From Candidatus Azobacteroides sp. (GTDB lineage Bacteria > Bacteroidota > Bacteroidia > Bacteroidales > WRGA01): a stretch of 64,000 nt of DNA. Made by a program: the position numbers and the translations under genes. Within the stretch, counting starts at the first letter, position 1, and every line of letters starts with the position of its first letter. The notes beneath the pieces were generated by a model, which did not search any database, was not told where the DNA came from, and saw only the letters and a program-made list of their open reading frames with translations. This document shows, piece after piece, positions 7,052 through 15,249 of the stretch. The stretch spans positions 328 through 64,327 of the forward strand of contig WRGA01000119.1 of assembly GCA_009787405.1 (NCBI GenBank), in the 5' to 3' direction.

Positions 7052-8437
7052 ATGATGGAAGATATCAAAATTCAATTCCGGGAATTGATTGACAATAAAA
7101 ACTGGAAAACTTTAAAACAAGAACTCAATAATCTTGATCCGCTTCAAATAGCCGAAATCATCGAAAACACGGAAAAATCCGACCAAATCGTTTTATTCCG
7201 CTTGTTATCGAGGAAACTTGCCAAAGAAACATTTCAATACCTTTCGCACGAAAAACAGGAAGACATTATCGAAGGATTGGCTTCCAACAGTATGAAACTG
7301 ACGGATTTACTCAATGATTTGGATCCTGATGACCGTACCGCATTTTTCGAAGAATTGCCCGGAGCGGTAAGCCAACGTCTTATTCAGATGTTGTCGAAAG
7401 AAGAGCGGGAGGTCGCCATCCGATTGTTGGGGTATCCTGAAGACAGTATCGGCCGTTTGATGACTCCCGAATATGTGGCCGTCAAGCCGGGTTATACCGT
7501 CCGGGAAGCATTGGAACATATTCGAAAATTCGGGCGCGATTCCGAAACACTTAATGTGATTTATGTGGTTGATGATCAATGGAAACTGATCGACGATATC
7601 CGGATCAAAGAAATTATTCTGGCATCTCCGGAACAAACCATCGCCGAAATAATCAACGATCATTTTGTCGCGCTGAATGCCTACGACGATCAAGAAATTG
7701 CCGGTAAAGTATTTCTGGATCAAGACCGGATTGCCTTGCCGGTTGTCGATACCGACGGCACATTGTTGGGCATCGTCACCTTCGACGACGTGATGGACGT
7801 GGTGGAAGAAGAAAATACCGAAGACTTTCAAAAGTTCGGGGGTACCGAAGGATTGGATTTGGCTTACACCAAAACGCCGTTGCTCGAAATGGTGAAAAAA
7901 CGTTCGGGATGGCTTATCATCCTTTTTTTGAGTGAAATGTTGACCGCTTCGGCGATGGGATATTTCGACGAAGAAATTTCCAAAGCTGTTGTTCTGGCTT
8001 TATTCGTTCCGCTGATCATTTCAAGTGGAGGAAATTCCGGCTCCCAAGCTGCCAGTCTTATCATTCGTTCCCTTGCCCTTGACGAATTGAAATTAAGAAA
8101 TTGGTGGTATGTCATGCGGAAAGAAATTTTTTCCGGATTGTTTTTGGGTTCCATTCTCGGAATGATCGGATTTACCCGCATATTTATCTGGCAACATACC
8201 GGATTGTACGATTACGGCGAATATTGGATGTGGATCGGCCTGAGCGTTTCCGTATCACTGATGTTCATCGTATTGTGGGGAACACTGACAGGTTCCATGA
8301 TTCCGTTTATTTTAAAAAAAGCCGGACTGGATCCTGCAACCGCATCCGCGCCCTTTGTGGCGACTCTGGTCGATGTCACCGGACTGATCATTTACTTTAC
8401 CATCGCAGCGTTGTTTTTAGGCGGAAAATTATTATGA
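7052..8437 (+). CDS. mgtE: magnesium transporter MgtE
   Basis: It has the MgtE N-domain, tandem CBS domains (GRLMTPEYVAV..., LPVVDTDGTLLGIVTFDDVMDV) and the C-terminal MgtE membrane domain (SGGNSGSQAA, PFVATLVDVTGLIIYF). Confidence 0.95.
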   Translation: MMEDIKIQFRELIDNKNWKTLKQELNNLDPLQIAEIIENTEKSDQIVLFRLLSRKLAKETFQYLSHEKQEDIIEGLASNSMKLTDLLNDLDPDDRTAFFEELPGAVSQRLIQMLSKEEREVAIRLLGYPEDSIGRLMTPEYVAVKPGYTVREALEHIRKFGRDSETLNVIYVVDDQWKLIDDIRIKEIILASPEQTIAEIINDHFVALNAYDDQEIAGKVFLDQDRIALPVVDTDGTLLGIVTFDDVMDVVEEENTEDFQKFGGTEGLDLAYTKTPLLEMVKKRSGWLIILFLSEMLTASAMGYFDEEISKAVVLALFVPLIISSGGNSGSQAASLIIRSLALDELKLRNWWYVMRKEIFSGLFLGSILGMIGFTRIFIWQHTGLYDYGEYWMWIGLSVSVSLMFIVLWGTLTGSMIPFILKKAGLDPATASAPFVATLVDVTGLIIYFTIAALFLGGKLL

Positions 8438-8534
8438 AAATATTCCGGTTTTTTATTATTATGTATGAACTTGCAGCAGGGGAACTTTTTGCTTATCGCT
8501 CGCACGGATTTCACAGATTTCACGGATTTTCGTC

Positions 8535-8566
8535 GCAGCGGACATGTGTCCGTCTGCTTGTTTATT
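8535..8566 (+). terminator. hairpin plus T-rich tail downstream of mgtE
   Basis: gcagcggaca-tg-tgtccgtctgc is followed by ttgtttattc. Confidence 0.45.
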
Positions 8567-8620
8567 CAAAAGGACTTGCAGTCCGATTTCTACAAAAAGA
8601 TCTTTTTTAAAAAACTAATG

Positions 8621-8957
8621 TGATTATCGGATATTGCACCTACCTATCCCCCAAGTGGGATGTAAAAATGTAATATTCGTTTTTTTGAAAAATCCGTTCT
8701 AAAAAATGTTGTTTTCCGTCCCGCCGGGGACAACATATCGGTAGAAAGGAGAATTCCGCCGGAGATCAACGTCCCGTTAGGGACGTAATGTGAAGAAGAA
8801 AATATTTTGTCCCTGACGGGACAAGGGGTGAAGGGGTGTGGTGTTTTTCTACCGATATAATGTCCCCGGCGGGACAAAAAAAGACGAATATTTTTGAAAC
8901 ATTGATACATTTTTGCATCTCCCTGCAGGGAGAGCCGGGCATAACATCCGATAATCA
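8621..8957 (+). mobile_element. 337-bp MITE-like, hairpin-rich repeat element, copy 1
   Basis: Terminal inverted repeats are tgattatcggatatt and aacatccgataatca. Inside are five GC-rich 14-nt palindromes (gtcccNNNNgggac x4, ctccctgcagggag). A second copy lies in reverse orientation at 59651-59987. Confidence 0.75.
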
Positions 8958-9196
8958 TTTAAAATTATTATGCTTTCCGGTATCGTTTTTCAGATACAAT
9001 AAGATAACCCATGACACAATCGGTACATTGTGATGCCCGAACCCTATAGAGATGCGGCATGCTACGTCTCTACGGCGAGGCGTTAAAACGGCGAGAAAGT
9101 CTCCTCTCGGGGCGGGGTGGGCTGATTGCCGGGTAATTTTACCAATCTTCAAACCTTATTTATCAAAAAATAAACTTATCTTTTTTTAAGGCCGGT

Positions 9197-9204
9197 TACT
9201 TTTG
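9197..9204 (+). promoter_or_regulatory. TAnnTTTG box (TACTTTTG) just upstream of the first PUL gene
   Basis: This is an exact motif match, 20 nt before the ATG at 9224. Confidence 0.3.
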
Positions 9205-9223
9205 CCCTTGTCAAATATGTAAC

Positions 9224-11206
9224 ATGGCCATGATAAAACATCGCATTAAATATTATCCGTTCTTTCTGTTATCTTTCTTTTGCAGCCTGTCTGTCGCTTC
9301 CAATCAAGTCAGACTTGTTCCGACATTTATTTCTTGCAGTGTGTATATTTCATTGGATAGCGTTTCCCAATGTTTTGTCAGTTATAAAATGCAGGGAGAC
9401 AATGTCTGGAAAAAAACGCTTGCTCCTATATATGATTCTCTCAACAAAGAATGCAGGGTGAGTATTGTAAGGTTACGGGAAGACAGTGATTACGATGTTA
9501 AAGTTCAGTTAACCGTTGCCGGACAAACCGAAAAAATCATTACTTCTAATTTCCGGACATGGGCATCTGCTCCTCCTGTTGCACAAACAATTCCCGTCAG
9601 CTCTTTCAACCGCAATGAAGATGGCGGATTGGTTTTTAACCAACTTCACGGTAACCCGGAAGGCTGGATTAAAATCATAGGCGATGTTCCTGTCCATGCC
9701 GGAAAAAAGATGGAAGCTGCGGTCTTGGTCAACAAATGCAGTTATCTTCTTTTCGATGGATTGACCGTCACCGGTGGCGGAAAACACGGCATAAAAACTA
9801 CGGAACACACGTCTGATGTCCGTTTCTCCAATTGTGATATTTCACGGTGGGGAAGAAAACCCGTGCAACAAAACGAAAATGGTCACTTCCTTGATAAAAA
9901 CGGAAAAGAAATCAATAATGATGGCGGTTTCACCTTGTATAAATCGGTAAATATTGTTTTGGAACGCAGTTATATTCACGATCCCAACGGCTATACCAAT
10001 CCTTGGAACGGTACTGTGGAAATAGGAAAGTTAAAAGGCCGGAAATATACGTATGCTCATCCGCAAGGCCCCAATGCTGTATATGTGATGCAAAGCGGAG
10101 GAGGATTCGTACTGAGGTACAATGATTTGGTCGGCAGCCAGACACACCGCTACAATGATCCTGTGGAAGGATGGCAAAACAGGGATGTCGCCGGAGGATT
10201 TGCCAAAGATGCCGATATTTACGGGAATGTCATGGCTTTCGGGCAAGACGATGCGATTGAATTAGATGGCGGGCAATGCAACGTCCGGGTCTTCGATAAC
10301 CGGATGGAACAGACTTATTGTGGTGTCAGTACAGCTCCCAACAAGAAGGGGCCTTCTTACATTTTCAATAATATAATATGGAATTTGGGCAATTCGTTGG
10401 GCATGACAGGCAACGCCATTAAAAACGGCGGCGGAATGGCGCACACGGCAGGCATACAATATTTGTTCAACAACACCATTATTCATAACTCAGGAGGTAT
10501 GGCTGGCGTAGGCTATGGCGACAATACTCCTGAAAACAAACGGGAATTGTATATCGCTCAAACTCGGAATAATATTTTTTATTCTCAGTTAGATCTTGGA
10601 AACAACTATCGGAAAGGATATAATATCAATGATGTATACCGTAATCCGGCCTGTAGTTACGATTACGATATCTTGGGCAACTGTAAGGAAAAAGACGGAC
10701 GGGGAGCTATCATCGCCGCCGACGACTCCGAGAAAAACGGTATCTATGCGTTGTCCTCTTTCGAGAATCTGGAGAATGGCATCCTCATCTTGAAAGCTGA
10801 CGATCCCGGTATTCATAAAGGAATCGTTATTCCCAACTTTGCCGAAGGAACGAACCGGCTGCCGCCAAGCATGGGTGCATTTGAATTTGGCGCGGCATCC
10901 GGTCTTTTCCCCATGCGCCCGATAGCGATACAGGCCGACAAATATTTTGTCCGGATGAAAACGGGCGAACCGGTGCAACTCCGTTTTTTGACAGGAAATG
11001 AACCCGCCGCCGGATTCAAAATCCGGATGAGCGACGATATGCTCCCGTGGTTACAGGTAGATGCTTCCGATACAAGGGTCAGGCCGGGTACGGTAATCAC
11101 GTTAACCCTCAAGGCAACAGATACAGTTCCTTATACTCGCAACGGGATGTTGTTTTTTCGTTTAGACAACGGACTGTCTGTTCCTGTTACGATTTTTGCG
11201 GAATAA
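9224..11206 (+). CDS. exported FN3-like + right-handed beta-helix protein, putative polysaccharide lyase/hydrolase (family unassigned)
   Basis: It has a signal peptide. It is a paralog of 12939..15239, with shared blocks HAG...AVLV/AILVDNC, ISRWGR, YIHD.NGY.NPW, HPQGP, DADIYGN..AF.QDD.IELDG and CGVSTAPN..GPSY. It sits in a PUL. Confidence 0.6.
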   Translation: MAMIKHRIKYYPFFLLSFFCSLSVASNQVRLVPTFISCSVYISLDSVSQCFVSYKMQGDNVWKKTLAPIYDSLNKECRVSIVRLREDSDYDVKVQLTVAGQTEKIITSNFRTWASAPPVAQTIPVSSFNRNEDGGLVFNQLHGNPEGWIKIIGDVPVHAGKKMEAAVLVNKCSYLLFDGLTVTGGGKHGIKTTEHTSDVRFSNCDISRWGRKPVQQNENGHFLDKNGKEINNDGGFTLYKSVNIVLERSYIHDPNGYTNPWNGTVEIGKLKGRKYTYAHPQGPNAVYVMQSGGGFVLRYNDLVGSQTHRYNDPVEGWQNRDVAGGFAKDADIYGNVMAFGQDDAIELDGGQCNVRVFDNRMEQTYCGVSTAPNKKGPSYIFNNIIWNLGNSLGMTGNAIKNGGGMAHTAGIQYLFNNTIIHNSGGMAGVGYGDNTPENKRELYIAQTRNNIFYSQLDLGNNYRKGYNINDVYRNPACSYDYDILGNCKEKDGRGAIIAADDSEKNGIYALSSFENLENGILILKADDPGIHKGIVIPNFAEGTNRLPPSMGAFEFGAASGLFPMRPIAIQADKYFVRMKTGEPVQLRFLTGNEPAAGFKIRMSDDMLPWLQVDASDTRVRPGTVITLTLKATDTVPYTRNGMLFFRLDNGLSVPVTIFAE

Positions 11207-11241
11207 TTCAAATTTTGTTAAATAATTAATATAAATGAATC

Positions 11242-12942
11242 ATGAAAAGAAAAATTACCGGTTTAGTTTTATTATTAAATGTTGTAGTAGTTTTATTGCA
11301 GGCACAAACTACTCGTTATGTAAGCTCAGATGCAGATGCCGGAACGGGTAGTTTGCGTAATGTCATCAGCAGCGCCGGAGTGAATGATAGTATTGTCATC
11401 GAATCCACTGTTACCGAAATTATTTTGACAGCTCAAATTAAAATAACAAGTAAAGGTCTAAAGATCAACGGACAAGGAGCTACGGTGAGGGTACAGGATC
11501 CGAGTGTTTCGCCCTACCGGATATTCCAATTTGAAAGTAAAGATGGTTCAGTCCATTCGTATGCGTTGTATAATCTGACGTTGAAGGGAGGAAATACACA
11601 ATTAGCGACACTGGATGGTAATAATGGAGGGGCCGTTTCTATACCGAACGACAAGACAAATTTTATCATGAAAAATTGTGTTGTTTCCGATTGTAAAGGA
11701 ACAACCGGAGGAGCTTTGCATATGGCTAATCCTTCAGAGACCGGCGTTCTTTTGGAAAATTGTACTTTCAGAAACAATGAAGCGGTAGTTAATGCCGGCG
11801 GTAATTATGGAAATGCCGGTGTCGGGGTTTTCAGGGGAAATAACGGAATTACTTTTAAAAATTGTGTCTTTGAAAATAATACAGCTAAATATAATGCTAT
11901 AGCAACTTTTTCCGAGCCGGCAACTTTTTCCGGCTGTTATTTCAAATATAATTCGGTAATGGATAGTCCGAATACTGCTCAAGTTGCAGCATTGGTTTTA
12001 AGTCATACAAGTGGCATTACCATCATTGAAAATTGTACTTTTGAAGGCAATATACAAGATAATGCTATATCCGACAGTGACGGTAATGCCGTACTTTGTA
12101 CCAATAATTCGGCAACTTCTGCTTTAGTAACCAACTGTACCTTCTATAACAATACCGGCAAGCGGGCGGCAGTATATGGCAGAGACGGATTTTTGACCAT
12201 TGTTAATTCTACATTTGCAGGAAATATAGGGACGAATACTTCAAATAATAAACATGGGAGCGCTCTTTATATCAGAAATGCTACAGTTACATTGGTGAAC
12301 AATATTTTTGCGTATAATTATGATGCGAATGACGCTGATATTTTTGTGCAGAATAGCAATACAACCGGTTCTAACAATATTATTGCTAAAGCTCAATTTT
12401 CTTCGGGAACGATTAATTTGAACGGCCTTTCTTCTCCGGTTTCTTTTTCTTACGGAAGCGTTATTCCGGATAATGATGATGATCCTTTATTTGCAACATA
12501 TACCACAATCAACGGCAAAAAAACGCCTGAATTGGACGCTGATACCAAAACAATTCCTTTGGCGGCAGGTAGTACGGCAATTGGACAGGGTACAACAGTA
12601 TTTTCGCCTGTAACTATTCCAACCACAGATCAACGCGGTATAGCGCGCGACGCCTCTATTGATTTGGGGTCTTATGAATATGATGGTACTCTCACCGGAA
12701 TCCACACCACGCAAAAATCTTCTGAAACGATCATCTATAGATTCGATAATGATGCATTATATATTCAGGCAATTTCCGATGTTATCCGGCAAGTCGCTGT
12801 GTATAATCTACAAGGTCAATTGATCAGAAATGAGGCGGTCAATGCAGGTACCCACATGGTAACCGGTTTGACAAAAGGAATTTATGTGGTAAAAGTAATT
12901 ACCGGAAACGAAATTCAAAATCAAAAAATCATCATAAAATGA
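11242..12942 (+). CDS. T9SS-sorted beta-helix repeat protein (Pmp / choice-of-anchor-like repeats)
   Basis: It has a signal peptide and iterated units (NCVVSDCKG, NCTFRNNEA, NCVFENNTA, NCTFEGN, NCTFYNNTG, NSTFAGN). The Por-type tail reads ...VAVYNLQGQLI...GIYVVKVITGNEIQNQKIIIK. Confidence 0.7.
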   Translation: MKRKITGLVLLLNVVVVLLQAQTTRYVSSDADAGTGSLRNVISSAGVNDSIVIESTVTEIILTAQIKITSKGLKINGQGATVRVQDPSVSPYRIFQFESKDGSVHSYALYNLTLKGGNTQLATLDGNNGGAVSIPNDKTNFIMKNCVVSDCKGTTGGALHMANPSETGVLLENCTFRNNEAVVNAGGNYGNAGVGVFRGNNGITFKNCVFENNTAKYNAIATFSEPATFSGCYFKYNSVMDSPNTAQVAALVLSHTSGITIIENCTFEGNIQDNAISDSDGNAVLCTNNSATSALVTNCTFYNNTGKRAAVYGRDGFLTIVNSTFAGNIGTNTSNNKHGSALYIRNATVTLVNNIFAYNYDANDADIFVQNSNTTGSNNIIAKAQFSSGTINLNGLSSPVSFSYGSVIPDNDDDPLFATYTTINGKKTPELDADTKTIPLAAGSTAIGQGTTVFSPVTIPTTDQRGIARDASIDLGSYEYDGTLTGIHTTQKSSETIIYRFDNDALYIQAISDVIRQVAVYNLQGQLIRNEAVNAGTHMVTGLTKGIYVVKVITGNEIQNQKIIIK

Positions 12943-15239
12943 GATCAAGGTTTTTAGCCGTTTTTATGGCAGTAATCACTCTTCCTGTAGGTGCCGCCGA
13001 CCAGCTTACACTGTTTCCTTCTTTCGAGAATTGCAGTTATTATTACAATTACTCTGCCGGAGTTAGTGTCGATAAATGCTGGAATACTGCGGATGTATTT
13101 AAATTATCGTTCAAAGTTGCGGGTTCCCCGACTTGGGAAGAAGCCTTTCATGCGGTCTGGGATAATTATGCCAAACAGTTCAGAGGCTCAATTTTCTATC
13201 TTGCGGAAAATACGGAATACGACGTAAAAGTGGAAATGAATACCTCCGGCCGGTGGGTTTCCGTGGGAGAAACCACTTTCCGTACATGGAATTCCGATCC
13301 GGGTCTGAAATCTACGCTTAATCTCGGCAGTTTGGCCGCTTACAGGGAGAACCGGGCGATCACACTTTCCAATATGAAAGGTGCCGAAGACAGTTACATT
13401 AAGGTTATCGGAAATGTACCCGTTCATGCCGGTACAACAAGCGATAATGCTATTCTTGTCGATAATTGCGAATACTTGATACTCGAAGGATTTACCGTTA
13501 CCGGCGGACGGTTGAACGGGGTCAAAATCAACGACAACTGTAAAAACATTCGCATCATCGGCGCTGATATTTCCCGTTGGGGACGAATACCTGTTGACCA
13601 AGTCGATTTGTCGGATCCTGTCCATTATCCGGAAGCTAAATATAAAGATTACGATGCCGTTTATTTGGATGAACTCGGCGAATTGATACGGAACGATGCC
13701 GGAATCTGCATGGTAACAACCTCCAACGACGCTTCCCGTCCGCGTTCCGATTTGGTTGTGGAAAGGTGTTATATCCACGATCAGAACGGGTATTGCAATC
13801 CTTGGTATGGTACGCGCACACTGGGATATAGTGCCGGGAAGGAATTTCGCTATCTTCACCCGCAAGGGCCGCAAGGGATCTATATCCGAAACAGCGGGGG
13901 CTTGGTGGTCAGATACAATGATATTGTGGGATCGGACACCAAGCGATTACATGATTTATCCGGATCGATGGATAATGGCAAAACGCTCGGAGGCTATTAC
14001 CGCGATGCCGACATTTACGGTAATTTCCTCGCCTTTGCACAAGACGACGGCATCGAGCTTGACGGCAGTCAGATGAACCTGCGCTTTTACAACAACAGAA
14101 TTGAACAAGTTCGTTGTGGTGTCAGCACAGCGCCCAATCTGGCGGGGCCTTCCTATCTGATCGGCAATGTGATTCATCATGTAGGGGATTCGGAAGGCGA
14201 CAATGGCGCAGCGATTAAAAACGGGGGTGGAACGACTTATTCATTAGGGCTTACGTACTTTTTCAACAATACGATGATTGTTCCCGCAAGTTGTATTGCC
14301 GCTGTAGGATACGGCTCCGACAGCAATCAAGGCATGTTTCAGGGGTATAGCCGCAATAATATTTTAGTTTGTACCGTACCAAACAATCAATATGGCGGAA
14401 ACTGTATTCACGATCCGTACAATCACCCCAACAGCAGTTTCGATTATGATCTGCTGGCTAATACTACCCGCACAAACATGGAAGGTGTTGCCTATACTGT
14501 GGCCGGTAAAGAAGCGAACGCAGTCAAAGGCAATCCACAATTTACGGACCGGGACAATGGCGTGTATACCTTGGAATCTACGAGTCCGGCCATCGGTGCA
14601 GGTATTTCGCAGGCCAATGTCTCGACCACGGCCAATGGCGATCGTCCCGATATGGGAGCATTCGCTTTCGGAGAAAGTTCGCTTTATCCGAAACGACCCC
14701 TTGCAGCGGAATCTGATAAGTATTTAGTAAAAATTAATCCGCAGGGAGACGCTGTTGTTCAAATCAATATCGGAAGTATTCCCGAAGAATTGACTTATAC
14801 CGTTACGAAAAACGAAGATATGGACTGGTTGAATGTTTCTCCGGCAGCAGGCTCTGTAGCGCAGGAAAGTAGTTTCCGACTCCGGCTGACGGCCGACGCT
14901 TCCGACTCGAAAGTTCGTAAAGGAGTGGTTTTTGTCCGTTTTTCTAACGGCTGTTCCATTCCCGTAAGCATTTTCACCGATGTTTCTGCTCCGATGTCTA
15001 TTGCTGATGTCAAAAGAAACGATCCTGTTTTTTATGCCGTAGATAAACAATTGCTGGGTCATCCGGAATGCGCGGGAACATTGCACGTTTATGACATAAC
15101 AGGAAGGCTTGTTTATCAAGGATTCCACGAAGCCGGTAAATTGTCGTTACCGTTAGTGGCGAGTGAAGGCGTCTATATTGTCGCTTTCCGTCCTGTTAAG
15201 GGTAAAAATGTCATTCAGAAAATAATTATCCAACAATAG
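12939..15239 (+). CDS. FN3-like + right-handed beta-helix protein with a T9SS C-terminal sorting domain (paralog of 9224..11206)
   Basis: Its start overlaps the previous stop (ATGA). It shares conserved blocks with 9224..11206 and adds a C-terminal tail LHVYDITGRLVYQG...GVYIVAFRPVKGKNVIQKIIIQQ. Confidence 0.65.
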   Translation: MRSRFLAVFMAVITLPVGAADQLTLFPSFENCSYYYNYSAGVSVDKCWNTADVFKLSFKVAGSPTWEEAFHAVWDNYAKQFRGSIFYLAENTEYDVKVEMNTSGRWVSVGETTFRTWNSDPGLKSTLNLGSLAAYRENRAITLSNMKGAEDSYIKVIGNVPVHAGTTSDNAILVDNCEYLILEGFTVTGGRLNGVKINDNCKNIRIIGADISRWGRIPVDQVDLSDPVHYPEAKYKDYDAVYLDELGELIRNDAGICMVTTSNDASRPRSDLVVERCYIHDQNGYCNPWYGTRTLGYSAGKEFRYLHPQGPQGIYIRNSGGLVVRYNDIVGSDTKRLHDLSGSMDNGKTLGGYYRDADIYGNFLAFAQDDGIELDGSQMNLRFYNNRIEQVRCGVSTAPNLAGPSYLIGNVIHHVGDSEGDNGAAIKNGGGTTYSLGLTYFFNNTMIVPASCIAAVGYGSDSNQGMFQGYSRNNILVCTVPNNQYGGNCIHDPYNHPNSSFDYDLLANTTRTNMEGVAYTVAGKEANAVKGNPQFTDRDNGVYTLESTSPAIGAGISQANVSTTANGDRPDMGAFAFGESSLYPKRPLAAESDKYLVKINPQGDAVVQINIGSIPEELTYTVTKNEDMDWLNVSPAAGSVAQESSFRLRLTADASDSKVRKGVVFVRFSNGCSIPVSIFTDVSAPMSIADVKRNDPVFYAVDKQLLGHPECAGTLHVYDITGRLVYQGFHEAGKLSLPLVASEGVYIVAFRPVKGKNVIQKIIIQQ

Positions 15240-15249
15240 TAAAATTCGT

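Noticed and set aside
8718-8932. Possible CRISPR-like array formed by the regularly recurring gtcccNNNNgggac units
   Set aside because: The units are 14-nt palindromes with irregular spacing (38-57 nt). They sit inside a TIR-bounded 337-bp unit that is itself duplicated elsewhere. There are no longer direct repeats, no unique spacers and no cas genes.
8644-9152. Small ORFs (8644..8958, 8836..9033, 8955..9152) in the mgtE-PUL intergenic region
   Set aside because: They lie inside the MITE-like element and an adjacent hairpin repeat (agagatgcggcatgctacgtctct). The same 'protein' would be encoded by every repeat copy, so I treat them as translation artefacts.
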